The notes under the pieces: generated by a model
What the model was told of the DNA's origin: nothing
Database searches by the model: none
What the model saw: only the letters and a program-made list of their open reading frames with translations
Assembly: GCA_963827655.1 (NCBI GenBank)
Contig: CAWHCF010000010.1
Location: 128,001-192,000 of the forward strand
DNA from: an uncultured Acidobacteriota bacterium
GTDB taxonomy: Bacteria > Acidobacteriota > UBA6911
DNA: 64,000 nt
Direction of reading: 5' to 3'
Translations under genes and position numbers: made by a program
In this document: piece by piece, positions 10,101 to 20,995 of the stretch
How the letters are laid out: every line of letters begins with the position of its first letter
How positions within the stretch are numbered: the stretch's first letter is position 1

Positions 10101-12769
10101 AAGATTGGTGGTTTGCCGCGCGCGACAGCGACCGCATCGATGTCATCCCGGAGATGAAAAGCTACGAGCCTGGAGACAAAGCGCGATTCCAGGTGCGGAT
10201 GCCCTTCAGGCGCGCCACAGCCCTCGTCACCGTGGAACGCGAGGGGATCGCGGATGTGTTCGTGCGCGAGCTTCAGGGAAGAGAGCCGATCGTCGAAGTC
10301 CCGGTGAAGGGAAATTTCGCCCCCAACGTCTTTGTTTCTGTCCTCGCGGTTCGAGGTCGGGTCGGAGGCGTGCAGCCGACGGCCACGGTTGACCTGGGGC
10401 GTCCGGCCTACAAACTGGGGATCGCGGAGATCCGGGTCGGCTGGAAAGCTCACGAGCTTAAAGTGAAGGTCTCGACCGATCGTCCGGTCTACAGAGTGCG
10501 GGAAAAGGCCAGGGTGGATATCGCGGTCACGACGCCCGAAGGGACCGCTCCGCCGGCAGGGACGGAGGTTGCCCTTGCTGCCGTCGATGAAGGCCTGCTG
10601 GAGCTGCAGCCCAACGCCAGCTGGCAGCTCATCGACGCCATGATGCGCCGGCGCGGCTGCGGCGTCGAAACTTCAACGGCCCAGATGCACGTCATCGGAA
10701 AGCGGCACTTCGGGCTGAAGGCACTCCCGCAGGGGGGCGGGGGAGGCAAGCAGGCGACGCGCGAGCTTTTCGATACGCTGCTTTTATGGAGAGGGCGTGT
10801 CCCGCTCGACGGGCAAGGACGGGCCTCCGTTGAGGTCCCGTTGAACGACTCTTTGACCGGTTTTCGCATCGTCGCCGTAGCCACGGGAGGCACGGATCGC
10901 TTCGGCACCGGATCGACTTCGATCCGCTCCACGCAGGAGCTCATGATCTTGTCGGGAATCGCGCCCGTAGTTCGCCAGGGTGACCAGTTCCGCGCCACGT
11001 TCACCGTGCGCAACGCCACCGAGCGTCCGCGAGACGCGACGGTTTCCACGCGGGTCAAGGGAATTGCCGAGCCGCTCCAGCCCACGACCGTCGCACTTGC
11101 GCCCGGAGAGGCGCGAGAGATCGCCTGGACGGTAACCGCTCCCGCTACGGTCGATTCGCTCACCTACGAAGTTGAGGCCAAAGGCGCGGAGGGCGTCACG
11201 GATCGCCTGAGCGTCTCCCAGAGAGTCGTTCCTGCCGTTCCGGTTCGCCCCTTTCAGTCCGTCCTGATTCCAGTCGAGGGGGAAGTGCTGATGGACCTGG
11301 AGCGCCCCAACGACGCGCTTCCCGGGCGAGGCGGCATCCTGGTATCGCTGCAGCCTACTCTGCTTGATGGCCTCAAGGGCGTAACCGACTACATGCGCAG
11401 CTATCCCTATACCTGCCTGGAGCAGGAAATCTCGCGCGCCGTTGCGCTGCGGGATCGGGAACGGTGGAACAGGCTCATGGCTCAGCTCCCTGCGTACCTC
11501 GACTCGAATGGTCTTGCAAAATACTTCCCGTCGAACCCCAGGGGCAGCGACGTTTTGACTTCATATATCCTCGCCATTGCCGGCGAGGCCGGTTGGCAGA
11601 TGCCGGATCAACCCAGGAACGCGATGACGCGAGGGCTGCAGGGCTTCGTCGAGGGTCGAGTCATTCTTCACTCCCCGGTTTCGGCGGCCGACCTGGCGCT
11701 TCGCAAACTCTCGGCGCTGAATGCGCTCTCTCGCTGGGAGAAAGTCGAACCTGCCTTGCTCTCGGCGATCACCGTCGAGCCGAACCTCTGGCCTACCTCG
11801 GCTGTGATCGACTGGTTCGACATCATCCAGAGGGTTTCAGGAATCCGTAACGGGAGCGACCGGCTCCGGGAAGCCGACCAGATCCTCAGATCGAGGCTCA
11901 GCTTTCAGGGGACCACGATGGGTTTTTCCACGGAACGAAGCGATTTCCTCTGGTGGCTCATGGTCTCAAACGACACCAATGCGGTGCGATTGCTGCTCTC
12001 GGTGGCCGGCGCCGACTCCTGGCGCGAAGACCTTCCCAGGTTGGCCAGGGGATCTCTGGCGCGCCAGCGGCGAGGATCCTGGGATACGACGGTGGCAAAC
12101 GCGTGGGGCGTTCTGGCGCTGGAGAAGTTTTCCAAGGCTCTGGAAAAAACTTCAGTCACAGGCTCGACCTCCGTAACACTGAACACGACCCAGACGATCG
12201 ACTGGAATGAAACGCCCGCAGGGAAAGCGGTCTCATTCCCTTGGCCCGCCCAGCGAAGCCCGCTTTCGATCCGGACTTCCGGCGCCGGAAGGCCGTGGGC
12301 CACAGTGCAGAGCCTCGCGGCCATTCCGCTCAAGCAGCCTCTGACGAGCGGGTTCAAGCTCCGCAAGACCCTGACGGCAGTCGAGCAAAGACGACCAGGC
12401 GTCTGGAGTCGAGGGGACGTCCTAAGAGTAAGGATCGAGCTCGAAGCTTCGTCCGACATGACCTGGGTGGTGGTGAGCGATCCGATTCCGGGCGGTGGCG
12501 CGATCCTCGGGACCGGACTCGGACGGGACTCGCAGCTGCTAACGCGCGGCGAGGAGCGCAAGGGGTGGGTGTGGCCGGTTTTCGAAGAGCGCTCTGCCGA
12601 AGCCTTCCGCGCCTACTACGAGTACGTTCCAAAAGGGGAGTGGACCGTGGAGTACACCCTTCGATTGAACAACGAGGGGCTGTTTTCGATTCCCGCCACT
12701 CGGGTCGAGGCGATGTACGCTCCGGAAATGTTCGGAGAGACCCCGAACGAGGCCATGCGCATCCAATGA
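7127..12769 (+). CDS. Bacterial alpha-2-macroglobulin family protein (YfhM-like)
   Basis: 1880 aa with signal peptide; FRVEEYR, LAAVDEG, thioester motif YPYTCLEQ, C-terminal RVEAMYAPE; ATGA overlap with pbpC. Confidence 0.95.
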   Translation: MRSRTFLILLLGIHAPLGAQEAARVELFSPQGTVKQVRQARARFSEPMVPFADPRAAAQPFVIDCAEKGTGRWVDARNWVYDFERDLPAGVRCEFRIQDSLRTVSGRTLGGEQRFAFSTGGPAIIASFPPEGSERIDEAQIFVLELDGEATESSVLASVRFDVEGLAERIGARIVSGTEREQILKTSHYRYRKPLPPLLLIQARQRFPAGSAVTLIWGKGVAAASGVATESDLTRAFVTRTPFTASLNCPRENPDADCIPITPARLTFSAPVAASEARKAVVRGPGNRRWLAEIAESEKDDPYVHAVFFKGPFPERAAFTLEIPAGLKDDSGRNLTNSDKFPLSFRTDAYPSLAKFAADFGIVEAKPRALLPVTLRNVEPSVSARAFEVLGGEENTDPPAPARPDEDMAAKLRGRIFRVPPDRAGQMLDWIKKVSGRGWEDREKSVFGPVTAAKTKPFTVPKLHGPKAFEVVGIPLPKPGFYVVEIESGILGAALLGAAKPMFVPTAVLATNLSVHFKWGLESSLVWVTALDTGKPVSQAAIVIRDCGGKPLWEGQSDRDGIARVQTVPPRGTSQQCGDYPLEGGLLVSAQLGDDMAFVHTSWNDGIEPWRFQLPTEYETSLVAAHTIFDRTLLRAGETVHMKHILRRHVSSGFSRVPENERPGAVIMTHWGSDQKYEFPLRWDPAGIAETAWKIPNEARLGNYQVTLATNGRAGHHSGEFRVEEYRVPLMKGAIQTPSRMLVAPASVPLDLTVSYLAGGAAGNLPVRLRHVVQPRAATVFPAFDDFHFSNGKLKEGLIRHGAEEGEPQERKPFELNSTDLTLDRQGSARTVISELPGLEKPMEILAELEFRDPNGETQTVSSRIPLYPADRLVGIKPASWLTSEQSALRFQVAVVDLSGNPIAGAPVRVDLFERKTYSHRKRLVGGFYAFEHATETRRVGGLCEGKTDQRGLLLCDKRSPISGNLILQATTADSAGRETTANRDIWVAGKEDWWFAARDSDRIDVIPEMKSYEPGDKARFQVRMPFRRATALVTVEREGIADVFVRELQGREPIVEVPVKGNFAPNVFVSVLAVRGRVGGVQPTATVDLGRPAYKLGIAEIRVGWKAHELKVKVSTDRPVYRVREKARVDIAVTTPEGTAPPAGTEVALAAVDEGLLELQPNASWQLIDAMMRRRGCGVETSTAQMHVIGKRHFGLKALPQGGGGGKQATRELFDTLLLWRGRVPLDGQGRASVEVPLNDSLTGFRIVAVATGGTDRFGTGSTSIRSTQELMILSGIAPVVRQGDQFRATFTVRNATERPRDATVSTRVKGIAEPLQPTTVALAPGEAREIAWTVTAPATVDSLTYEVEAKGAEGVTDRLSVSQRVVPAVPVRPFQSVLIPVEGEVLMDLERPNDALPGRGGILVSLQPTLLDGLKGVTDYMRSYPYTCLEQEISRAVALRDRERWNRLMAQLPAYLDSNGLAKYFPSNPRGSDVLTSYILAIAGEAGWQMPDQPRNAMTRGLQGFVEGRVILHSPVSAADLALRKLSALNALSRWEKVEPALLSAITVEPNLWPTSAVIDWFDIIQRVSGIRNGSDRLREADQILRSRLSFQGTTMGFSTERSDFLWWLMVSNDTNAVRLLLSVAGADSWREDLPRLARGSLARQRRGSWDTTVANAWGVLALEKFSKALEKTSVTGSTSVTLNTTQTIDWNETPAGKAVSFPWPAQRSPLSIRTSGAGRPWATVQSLAAIPLKQPLTSGFKLRKTLTAVEQRRPGVWSRGDVLRVRIELEASSDMTWVVVSDPIPGGGAILGTGLGRDSQLLTRGEERKGWVWPVFEERSAEAFRAYYEYVPKGEWTVEYTLRLNNEGLFSIPATRVEAMYAPEMFGETPNEAMRIQ

Positions 12770-14916
12770 GAAGACCGCGCGTTCTCTTCGTCGTTGCCGC
12801 TGTCGCCGGCACGATCCTGCTGCTCTTGTTCGCCCTTTCCCGCTCCGTACCGATGCCTGCGTTTCAGGAAGTGCGCAGCGCCTACAGCGGGTCCGAGGCC
12901 ACCGTGCTGGACCGTCACCATCAGGTCATTCACCAGCTTCGAGTCAAGCATCAGGGCCGCCGCTTGGACTGGGTGGCGCTTTCGGAGATATCGCCTGCCT
13001 TTCGGTCCGCGCTGGTTCACGCCGAAGACCGAAGATTTCACACTCACCGGGGGGTCGACTGGATCTCGTTTGGCGGGGCGCTGGCCGGCAGCTTCAGGTC
13101 CGCCAGGAATCGGGGCGCCAGCACCATCACGATGCAGCTGGCCGCCATGCTCCACGAGCAGCTGCGCCCGCGAGGCCATGGCCGTTCCGTCGCCCAGAAA
13201 TGGAATCAGATCCGGTCGGCGCTCAGTCTCGAGCGAAGCTGGTCCAAAAATGACATTCTGGAAGCCTACGTCAATCTGGTTACATTTCGCGGCGAGCTTC
13301 AGGGAATCGGTGCGGCGGCCAAGGGGCTTTTTGACAAGAGTCCCCATGGCCTGGATGACATCGAATCCATGATACTGGCGGCTCTGGTGCGCTCGCCGAA
13401 CGCCGAGAGCGACGCGGTGACCCGAAGGGCAATCGCGCTCTCGGAGTCGATGGGCCTGCGCCTGGAGGCGGCCGAGATCGGGGTCAGGGCGAAGGCGGTT
13501 CTTTCGCGTCCTTACTTTGTCCAGCCTGAGGTTGCGCTCGCGCCCCACGTGGCGCTCCGGCTGGTCGGAATCAATCCGGGCGCAACGACAATCGTCTCGA
13601 CGCTCGACCGCGATCTGCAGAGCTTCGCCCTTGGCGTTTTGCGTCACCACCTTCTCTCGCTTCGATCTCAGAATGTTGCCGACGCGGCTGCGCTCGTGGT
13701 CGACAACCGCACAGGCGAGGTCCTGGCTTACGTCGGGAACGCCGGCGACCAGACAAGCGCGAAATACGTGGATGGGGTCGAGGCGCTCCGCCAGGCCGGC
13801 TCCACGCTGAAGCCGTTCGTTTACGCCACCGCTCTCGAGCGGCGTTACCTGACGGCCGCTTCCCTGATCGATGACAGCCCGGTCGACCTTCCAGTGCCGG
13901 GCGGAGTCTACCGGCCGATGAATTACGACCAGCGGTTCCATGGCCTTGTCACCGCGCGCGCCGCGCTGGCTTCGTCATTGAACGTGCCCGCGGTCAAGGC
14001 GCTCAACATGATCGGCGTCGAAGCCTTTGTCGAGCAGTTGCGTGCCCTCGGTTTCCGAAAACTTCGCTCCGCGGAATTCTACGGGCCCTCTCTTGCGCTG
14101 GGTTCGGCGGATGTTGCACTGTGGGATCTGGTGAACGCTTATCGCGCGCTTGCCAATGCCGGACGCGTCGGATCGATGCGTCTGACTTTCGACGACCCGG
14201 CAGGACCATCGAAACCGGCTTTCTCCCCTGAGGCGGCTTTCCTGGTCTCGCACATCCTGTCGGATCGGGAGAGTCGTAGCATGACGTTTCAGCTGGAGAG
14301 TCCTCTGGCCACCCGCTACTGGTCCGCCGTAAAGACCGGGACCAGCAAGGATATGCGCGACAACTGGTGCGTCGGCTACTCGAGCCAATACACGGTTGGG
14401 GTATGGGCCGGCAACTTTTCGGGAGCGCCTATGTGGAACGTCACCGGCATCACGGGTGCGGCTCCCGTGTGGGTGGAGATCATGAACTGGCTCCACCGGG
14501 ACGGCTCGAGTCGCGAGCCGGAAGCGCCGCCGGGAGTTGTCTGCCGGGACGTAGAATTTTCCCATTCGGGACGAAGCCGCCGCGAGTGTTTCATCGAAGG
14601 AACTGAAACGCCCGTGGTGCAAGAAACGGCCGCTTCGGTAAGGATCAAGATCGCATACCCGGCTTCAGGCACCGTGATTGCGCTCGACCCCGATATACCG
14701 GCGGCCCAGCAGAGGCTCTTTCTTGAAGCCGAACCCCGTGATGACCGCCTGCGCTGGGTACTTGACGGCGAAGTTCTGGGGTCCGCCGGGTCGCTGGTGT
14801 TGTGGATCCCGAAGGTCGGGCCGCATACGCTCGCGCTACAGGACAAAACCGGGCGGGTACTGGATTCCGTCGTGTTCCAGGTTCGCGGCCGTGTGAATCA
14901 ACTGGCTTCCAAGTAA
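12766..14916 (+). CDS. pbpC: Penicillin-binding protein 1C
   Basis: Start MRRPRVLF at the ATGA overlap; transglycosylase motifs EDRRF and GASTITMQLA; GSTLKPF (SxxK), SLN, KTGTS; directly follows the A2M gene. Confidence 0.95.
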   Translation: MRRPRVLFVVAAVAGTILLLLFALSRSVPMPAFQEVRSAYSGSEATVLDRHHQVIHQLRVKHQGRRLDWVALSEISPAFRSALVHAEDRRFHTHRGVDWISFGGALAGSFRSARNRGASTITMQLAAMLHEQLRPRGHGRSVAQKWNQIRSALSLERSWSKNDILEAYVNLVTFRGELQGIGAAAKGLFDKSPHGLDDIESMILAALVRSPNAESDAVTRRAIALSESMGLRLEAAEIGVRAKAVLSRPYFVQPEVALAPHVALRLVGINPGATTIVSTLDRDLQSFALGVLRHHLLSLRSQNVADAAALVVDNRTGEVLAYVGNAGDQTSAKYVDGVEALRQAGSTLKPFVYATALERRYLTAASLIDDSPVDLPVPGGVYRPMNYDQRFHGLVTARAALASSLNVPAVKALNMIGVEAFVEQLRALGFRKLRSAEFYGPSLALGSADVALWDLVNAYRALANAGRVGSMRLTFDDPAGPSKPAFSPEAAFLVSHILSDRESRSMTFQLESPLATRYWSAVKTGTSKDMRDNWCVGYSSQYTVGVWAGNFSGAPMWNVTGITGAAPVWVEIMNWLHRDGSSREPEAPPGVVCRDVEFSHSGRSRRECFIEGTETPVVQETAASVRIKIAYPASGTVIALDPDIPAAQQRLFLEAEPRDDRLRWVLDGEVLGSAGSLVLWIPKVGPHTLALQDKTGRVLDSVVFQVRGRVNQLASK

Positions 14917-14964
14917 GACGTCAAAATCGACCACCAAGGCCCAAGGACGCGAAGCATCACGAAA

Positions 14965-16320
14965 ATGACATCCCTCTTGATCCGACAGGCCGCCTGGCTC
15001 GTCGCCATGGACGATGCCGATAGTCGCTGGGCCGGCGGCGGGCTCTATGTCGTCGACAACGTAATTCGACAGGTAGGACCGAGTTCACAACTGCCGCAAG
15101 ACGCCGACCAGACGATCGACGCGCGTGACATGCTGATCCTGCCGGGTATGGTCAACACCCACCATCACTTTGTTCAGACCTTGACACGAAATCTACCGGC
15201 TGCCCAGGACGCGAATCTTTTCAATTGGCTGCGAACCCACTATCCGATTTGGGCCGGCCTTACGCCGGAGGCTGTCTACGTCAGCAGTAAGACTGCAATC
15301 GCCGAGCTCATGCTGTCGGGTTGCACGACTTCAAGTGATCATACTTACCTCTGGCCGAACGGGGCATGCGTTGACGACCAGATTCGGGCTGCTGCCGACA
15401 TGGGCTTCCGCTTTCACGCCGCTCGCGGCTCGATGTCGGTCGGCGAATCGAAGGGAGGTTTGCCGCCCGATTACCTGGTCGAAAGCGAGGACCAGGTTCT
15501 CCGCGACTCCGAGCGCGTTCTTGAAAAACATCACGACCCTCGCCCCTACGCCATGACGCGAATCGTGCTGGCGCCCTGTTCACCTTTTTCGGTTTCGCGA
15601 GATCTCATGCGGGAAAGCCTGGCTCTGGCCCGGGACTACGGCGTTTGTTCCCATACCCATCTTGCCGAAACCCTGGACGAAGCCGTCTATTGCCGCGAGA
15701 AGTTCGGCCGCACGCCGGTAGAATTTGCGGAGGAGCTGGGATGGGTGGGGCCGGATGTATGGCACGCCCACATGGTCCATCCTTCGGCAGACGAGATCAG
15801 CCGGCTCGGGAAGAGTCATACCGGGATCGCGCACTGTCCGAGCTCGAACATGCGACTGGCGTCTGGGATCGCGCCGGTCCGGTCGTTGCAAAAGGCGGGA
15901 GCCCGCGTGGGGCTCGGAGTCGACGGTTCGGCATCCAACGATGGATCACACATGCTTGCAGAAGCCCGGCAGGCGATGCTGTTACAGCGGGTGTCGGGGA
16001 ATCCCGCCGCCATGACCGCATTCGACGCGCTTCGGATGGCGACTCGCGGCGGGGCGGCGGTGCTGGGACGGGAGGATATCGGCTGCCTGGCGCCCGGAAT
16101 GGCCGCCGACTTCATCGGCTACCGTCTGGATCGACTGGCGCTTGCAGGCGGCGCGGTTCATGATCCGCTCGCCTCTCTGGTCTTCTGTCACCCGCCGGCT
16201 GTGGATCTGAGTGTGATCAACGGCCGGGTGCGCGTGAAGGAAGGCTGCTTGCTCGAGACCGATCTCGACCAGCTCGTCCGGCAGCACAACGACCTTGCAC
16301 GCCGCCTGGTGACCCGGTGA
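14965..16320 (+). CDS. 8-oxoguanine deaminase-like amidohydrolase
   Basis: PGMVNTHHHFVQTLTR, RFHAARGSMSVGES.GGLPPD, HTHLAET, HCPSSNMRLASG, GVDGSASND. Confidence 0.85.
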   Translation: MTSLLIRQAAWLVAMDDADSRWAGGGLYVVDNVIRQVGPSSQLPQDADQTIDARDMLILPGMVNTHHHFVQTLTRNLPAAQDANLFNWLRTHYPIWAGLTPEAVYVSSKTAIAELMLSGCTTSSDHTYLWPNGACVDDQIRAAADMGFRFHAARGSMSVGESKGGLPPDYLVESEDQVLRDSERVLEKHHDPRPYAMTRIVLAPCSPFSVSRDLMRESLALARDYGVCSHTHLAETLDEAVYCREKFGRTPVEFAEELGWVGPDVWHAHMVHPSADEISRLGKSHTGIAHCPSSNMRLASGIAPVRSLQKAGARVGLGVDGSASNDGSHMLAEARQAMLLQRVSGNPAAMTAFDALRMATRGGAAVLGREDIGCLAPGMAADFIGYRLDRLALAGGAVHDPLASLVFCHPPAVDLSVINGRVRVKEGCLLETDLDQLVRQHNDLARRLVTR

Positions 16321-16410
16321 CGATTCGACGATTCTGGTCGACGATTTACGATTGCGAAAGGCGCATCCACGTTCGAATCGTCAATCGTCGACGGTCTGAG
16401 ATCGTCAATT
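16319..16410. repeat. Inverted heptamer (GACGATT/AATCGTC) array between convergent genes; probable hairpin
   Basis: gacgattcgacgatt..gacgatttacgatt ... aatcgtcaatcgtc..atcgtcaatt. Confidence 0.7.
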
Positions 16411-16413
16411 GCT

Positions 16414-17742
16414 CTAGGCGCTGGTTCCGAGAACAAAATGGAGTATGAAAAGGGCAGTCAAGCTGTAGGTGACGAGATTATTCTCGTGGTGCCTGCCGGC
16501 CAGGAATTTGACGATCGTGTAGGACATGAAGCCGAAAGCCAGCCCCTGCGCGATCGAATAAGTCAGCGGCATCATCAGGATGGTAAGGAAGGCCGGGAAG
16601 GCTTCCGTGAAGTTACTGAAGTCAATGTGCGCGATCTCTGCCATCATCAGGACGCCGACAATGATCAACGCCGGCGCCGTGGCCTGAGCCGGAATTAACC
16701 CAACCATGGGCGCGAACACCAACGCGACCACGAACAGGAAAGCCACCACCAGCGCGGTAAGCCCGGTCCTCCCGCCTTCCGAAACTCCCGCGGCGCTTTC
16801 GACATAGCTCGTGACCGTGCTCGTCCCCATCAGCGCGCCGAACATCGTCCCGAGGGAATCCGCGAAAAGCGCCTTCCCGATGCGAGGCAGCTGTCCTCGT
16901 TCGTCCAGCAGGCCGGCCTTGCGAGAGACACCGATCAGAGTGCCGATGTTGTCAAACAGGTCCACAAAGGTGAAGGAGAACAAGATCGGAATCAGCCCGA
17001 CTTCCAGCGCTCCCTTGATGTCTAACTGAAAGGCGGTGGGCTTGAGCGCTGCCAGAGGATTCGTGACCGCGATGAAGCTGCCGATCCCCACGGGAGCCGG
17101 AGATACGCCGAAACCCATCGCAACCGCCGTGGTAAAACCAATCCCAAGCAGCAACGCGCCTTTGATCCGACGCGCCATGAGAAATGCCGTGGCGATTAAT
17201 CCTGCAATCGACACCAGGACTCCCGCATCCTTCATGCTCCCCAGCGCGACCAGCGTTGCGTCACTCTTTACAATGATGCCCGCGTTGCGCAGCCCGATAA
17301 ACGCGATGAACAGGCCTATTCCGACGCCAATGGCCGAGCGCAGCACGTGCGGGACGCCATCGACGATCCATTCCCGCACCTTTGTGACCGTGAGCACGAA
17401 GAAAACCACGCCGGAAATAAAGACCGCCCCCAGCGCCGTCTGCCAGGGAAGCTTCATACCGATTACGACGGCGTAGGTGAAGAACGCGTTGAGACCCATG
17501 CCGGGCGCCACGGCAATCGGGTAGTTCGCATAAAGCCCCATGACCAGGGTGGCGAAAGCCGAGGCGACACACGTTGCCGCGAAGGTCGCTTCGACGGGCA
17601 TCCCGGCGTCTTTCAGAATGTTCGGATTGACAAACAGGATGTAGGCGAGCGTGACGAACGTGGTGATACCAGCCAGAACCTCGGTCCGAACGTTGGTCCG
17701 GTTTTCTTCCAGGTGGAAAACCCGTTCGAGTATTCGCAGCAA
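16414..17742 (-). CDS. NCS2/AzgA-type guanine/hypoxanthine permease
   Basis: TEVLAGITTFVTLAYILFVNP, APGMGLNAFF, FDNIGT, ESAAGVSEGGRTG; multiple transmembrane segments. Confidence 0.92.
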   Translation of the reverse strand: MLRILERVFHLEENRTNVRTEVLAGITTFVTLAYILFVNPNILKDAGMPVEATFAATCVASAFATLVMGLYANYPIAVAPGMGLNAFFTYAVVIGMKLPWQTALGAVFISGVVFFVLTVTKVREWIVDGVPHVLRSAIGVGIGLFIAFIGLRNAGIIVKSDATLVALGSMKDAGVLVSIAGLIATAFLMARRIKGALLLGIGFTTAVAMGFGVSPAPVGIGSFIAVTNPLAALKPTAFQLDIKGALEVGLIPILFSFTFVDLFDNIGTLIGVSRKAGLLDERGQLPRIGKALFADSLGTMFGALMGTSTVTSYVESAAGVSEGGRTGLTALVVAFLFVVALVFAPMVGLIPAQATAPALIIVGVLMMAEIAHIDFSNFTEAFPAFLTILMMPLTYSIAQGLAFGFMSYTIVKFLAGRHHENNLVTYSLTALFILHFVLGTSA

Positions 17743-17784
17743 GAGCCCTCACCACGAAAGACGCTAGGAAACGAAAACCTTGAG

Positions 17785-19044
17785 CTAATCGTTGATTGAG
17801 ACGGGAGCTGCGGGGTAGTGGGACTCGACATACTCATTGAGCAGGGCAATGAACCTGTCGACCATCCCTTCGCCGCGCAAGGTAGTCACCAGCCGGCCAT
17901 CGACAAAGACAGGCGCCTTCGGCTCCTCTCCTGTACCCGGCAGCGATATTCCGATGTTGGCGTGCTTCGACTCCCCCGGCCCGTTCACTACACAACCCAT
18001 GACGGCAACCTTCAGCTCCTCGACTCCTCGATACTGGCTCTTCCACACCGGCATCTGGTTCCTTAAATAGGTCTGGATCTGATCCGCCATTTCCTGGAAA
18101 AAGGTCGAGGTCGTGCGACCGCAACCAGGGCAAGCCGAGACCTGCGGGGCAAAGCTGCGAATCCCAAGCGACTGCAGAATCTGCTGCGCTACCAGCACCT
18201 CCTCGGTCCGGTCTCCATTCGGAGCAGGGGTGAGAGAAACGCGGATCGTATCGCCGATTCCCTCTTGCAACAGGATCGCGAGCGCCGCCGCCGAGGCAAC
18301 CACTCCTTTGGTTCCCATCCCGGCTTCGGTCAGGCCCAGGTGCAATGCGTAATCGCATTGCTCAGCCAGCAGGCGGTAAACTTCGACGAGATCCTGGACA
18401 CCCGAGACCTTCGCGCTGAGAATGATCTGGTCGCGGCGCAGCCCGTAATCCTCGGCCATACGCGCGGATTCGAGAGCGCTCAGATTCATGGCTTCGATCA
18501 AAACGCCGCGCGCGTCCCTGGGCTCGGGCCGCAGCGTGTTCTGGTCCATGAGCCGCGTCAGCAGGGCCTGATCCAGGGAGCCCCAGTTCACGCCGATGCG
18601 CACCGGCTTCCCGTTTTCGACCGCCACCTGAATCATCTGGCGGAAGTTCTCGTCGTGGCGCTTTCCGACTCCGACGTTACCCGGATTGATCCGGTATTTG
18701 GCGAGCGCGCGCGCGCACTCCGGATACTCGGTGAGAAGAATATGCCCGTTGTAGTGGAAGTCGCCGACAACCGGGACGCGCACTCCCATGTCTTCCAGGC
18801 GGCTGACAATCTCGGGTACTGCCCGCGCGGCCTCGTGGGTATTGACCGTGATGCGCACCAGTTCGGACCCGGCCGCAGCCAACCTTGCCACCTGGTCTGA
18901 GGTCGTCAGGGGATCGGCCGTATCGGTGTTGGTCATGGACTGGACCACAACCGGCGCCCCTCCTCCCACCATTACCCCGCCGACGCTCACGCCGGTTGAT
19001 TTTCTGCGCACCGGCCCTGACGTGCCAAGCTCTCTCATTGTCAT
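17785..19044 (-). CDS. ispG: (E)-4-hydroxy-3-methylbut-2-enyl-diphosphate synthase
   Basis: [58 protein letters not shown]. Start uncertain (19044 or 19038). Confidence 0.96.
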   Translation of the reverse strand: MTMRELGTSGPVRRKSTGVSVGGVMVGGGAPVVVQSMTNTDTADPLTTSDQVARLAAAGSELVRITVNTHEAARAVPEIVSRLEDMGVRVPVVGDFHYNGHILLTEYPECARALAKYRINPGNVGVGKRHDENFRQMIQVAVENGKPVRIGVNWGSLDQALLTRLMDQNTLRPEPRDARGVLIEAMNLSALESARMAEDYGLRRDQIILSAKVSGVQDLVEVYRLLAEQCDYALHLGLTEAGMGTKGVVASAAALAILLQEGIGDTIRVSLTPAPNGDRTEEVLVAQQILQSLGIRSFAPQVSACPGCGRTTSTFFQEMADQIQTYLRNQMPVWKSQYRGVEELKVAVMGCVVNGPGESKHANIGISLPGTGEEPKAPVFVDGRLVTTLRGEGMVDRFIALLNEYVESHYPAAPVSIND

Positions 19045-19240
19045 ACTGGAATTCAACAATGTAGCCCAACCAAATGCAAGCCACAAGAGCTTCGGGTCGC
19101 CGCGCCTATGTGGTTGCTGTTGCCAGACAAATCAGCCACGAAGACACCAGGGTATGGCGCGAGAGCCCCCGGTCTTGGCTCATAACTTCATTTATGGTAA
19201 AGAATGACAGCCCCTTTTGTGGCATGGAAAGGAGTCACCG

Positions 19241-19792
19241 TTGAGAGCACGACTCGACGAAGAACTGGGACCCCCTCTCTTCACGGCCGACGCCATTCAG
19301 AAGCGGGTCCGGGAGCTAGGGGCCACGATCACCCGGGACTATCAGGGCAGGTCTCCGCATCTGATCGCGATCCTCAAAGGCGCAAGCATCTTTCATGCGG
19401 ACCTGGTCCGCTCGATTGAATTGCCGGTCTCGTGCGACTTCATCGCGGTCGCCAGCTATGGCGCCTTGACGAAGAGCAGCGGAGAAGTGAGGATTCTCAA
19501 AGACCTGGATGAAAGTCTCGAAGGCAAAGACGTGCTCCTGGTCGAAGACATTCTGGACACCGGTCTTACGCTTAATTACCTGCTTCAAAACCTTCAATCC
19601 CGGGGTCCGCAATCGGTAAAGGTCGTGGTTCTCCTGAACAAACCTTCCCGGCGTCAGATCGAAGTTTCCGCTGACTACGTGGGATTCGAGATTCCGGACC
19701 ATTTCGTCGTGGGCTACGGGCTGGATTACAACCAGCGATACCGCAACCTCCCCTGCATTTCCACCTTGAGGGTCGGCTCCAATACGGCTTGA
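19241..19792 (+). CDS. hpt: Hypoxanthine phosphoribosyltransferase
   Basis: ILKGA, VLLVEDILDTGLTL, FVVGYGLDYNQRYRNLP; TTG start after AAGGAG. Confidence 0.95.
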   Translation: MRARLDEELGPPLFTADAIQKRVRELGATITRDYQGRSPHLIAILKGASIFHADLVRSIELPVSCDFIAVASYGALTKSSGEVRILKDLDESLEGKDVLLVEDILDTGLTLNYLLQNLQSRGPQSVKVVVLLNKPSRRQIEVSADYVGFEIPDHFVVGYGLDYNQRYRNLPCISTLRVGSNTA

Positions 19793-19816
19793 GAGGTCCA
19801 CCGCCACCAGGTTGCG

Positions 19817-20986
19817 CTACCGGAGCTGGGAGAGAAACGAAATGCCGGCCGGAAGGCGCGCGCCGAAATTCTCCGCGATGGTTTGCCCGATATCGGCCAT
19901 GGTCCGGCGGGTTCCGAGATCGACGTTGCCCTCGAGCTTCTTGCTGTACACCAGGATGGGAACATACTCGCGCGAGTGGTCGGTGCTCGGCGTGGTGGGA
20001 TCGCACCCGTGGTCGGCGCTGATCACGAGGCAGTCGTCCGCGTTCATCGCGTTGATGAGATCCGGAATTCTCCGATCGAAATCTTCAAGGCCCCGCGCAT
20101 AACCTCCAGGGTCGTTGCGGTGGCCCCAGAGCATATCGAAATCAACGAAGTTGCTGAAGATCAAACCATCCGGGGCCCACTGGAGCGCATCGATCGTCTG
20201 GTCCATTGACTCTGTATTGTCTTGCGCCTTCAGATTCTCGGTGATCCCACGATAATTGAAGATCGATGCAATCTTGCCGACGGCGACGGCCGCCAGGTTC
20301 CGGGCATGCAGCACATCGAGCAATGTGTTCTCCGGCGGCGGCACTGCGAAATCCTTGCGATTCTTGGTCCGCTGAAAATTCCCCGGCGTGCCGGTGAAGG
20401 GGCGCGCGATGACGCGTCCGACGCGATCCTGTCCGTCCAGCAACTTCCGCGCAATTTCACAAATGCGGTACAGCTCCTCGAGCGGGATGACTTCCTCGTG
20501 GGCCGCAACCTGAAATACCGAATCGGCGGACGTATAGACGATGGGACGCCCTGTCTTGACGTGTTCCTCGCCCAGCTCCTTGATGATCTCCGTCCCCGAC
20601 GCCGGCTTGTTCCCCAGCACCCCGCGGCCGATGGTCTTCTCGAAAGGCTCCAGCACTCTCGGCGGAAAACCGCGCGGATACGTGGGGAAGGGTTGCGGCG
20701 TGATGATCCCGGCCATCTCCCAATGTCCGACGGTGGTATCCTTGCCGTTCGAGCAGATCGCTGCTTTTCCGAAAGATCCTTCGGCTCGCGCGCATGGGGG
20801 CAACTCTGGCAGCGAGCGGATATTGCCCAGCCCGAGCCTTTGCAAGTTGGGCAGCCTCGGTTTCTCGGCGGCGAGAACGTTTCCGATCGTGTCACTCCCT
20901 TCATCCCCCCATTCGGCGGCGTCGGGCATTTCGCCGATTCCGGCGCTATCAAGAACAACAAGCACAACTCTTCTAAACAGAACCAT
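19817..20986 (-). CDS. deoB: Phosphopentomutase
   Basis: [60 protein letters not shown]. Confidence 0.96.
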   Translation of the reverse strand: MVLFRRVVLVVLDSAGIGEMPDAAEWGDEGSDTIGNVLAAEKPRLPNLQRLGLGNIRSLPELPPCARAEGSFGKAAICSNGKDTTVGHWEMAGIITPQPFPTYPRGFPPRVLEPFEKTIGRGVLGNKPASGTEIIKELGEEHVKTGRPIVYTSADSVFQVAAHEEVIPLEELYRICEIARKLLDGQDRVGRVIARPFTGTPGNFQRTKNRKDFAVPPPENTLLDVLHARNLAAVAVGKIASIFNYRGITENLKAQDNTESMDQTIDALQWAPDGLIFSNFVDFDMLWGHRNDPGGYARGLEDFDRRIPDLINAMNADDCLVISADHGCDPTTPSTDHSREYVPILVYSKKLEGNVDLGTRRTMADIGQTIAENFGARLPAGISFLSQLR

Positions 20987-20995
20987 GATTCGACT

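Noticed and set aside
12241-12765. 175-aa N-terminal extension of pbpC in the ORF track
   Set aside because: Overlaps the A2M gene; the real start is the ATGA overlap at 12766, followed by the membrane anchor.
7127-14916. A2M-pbpC pair as a novel system
   Set aside because: Well-established conserved gene pair.
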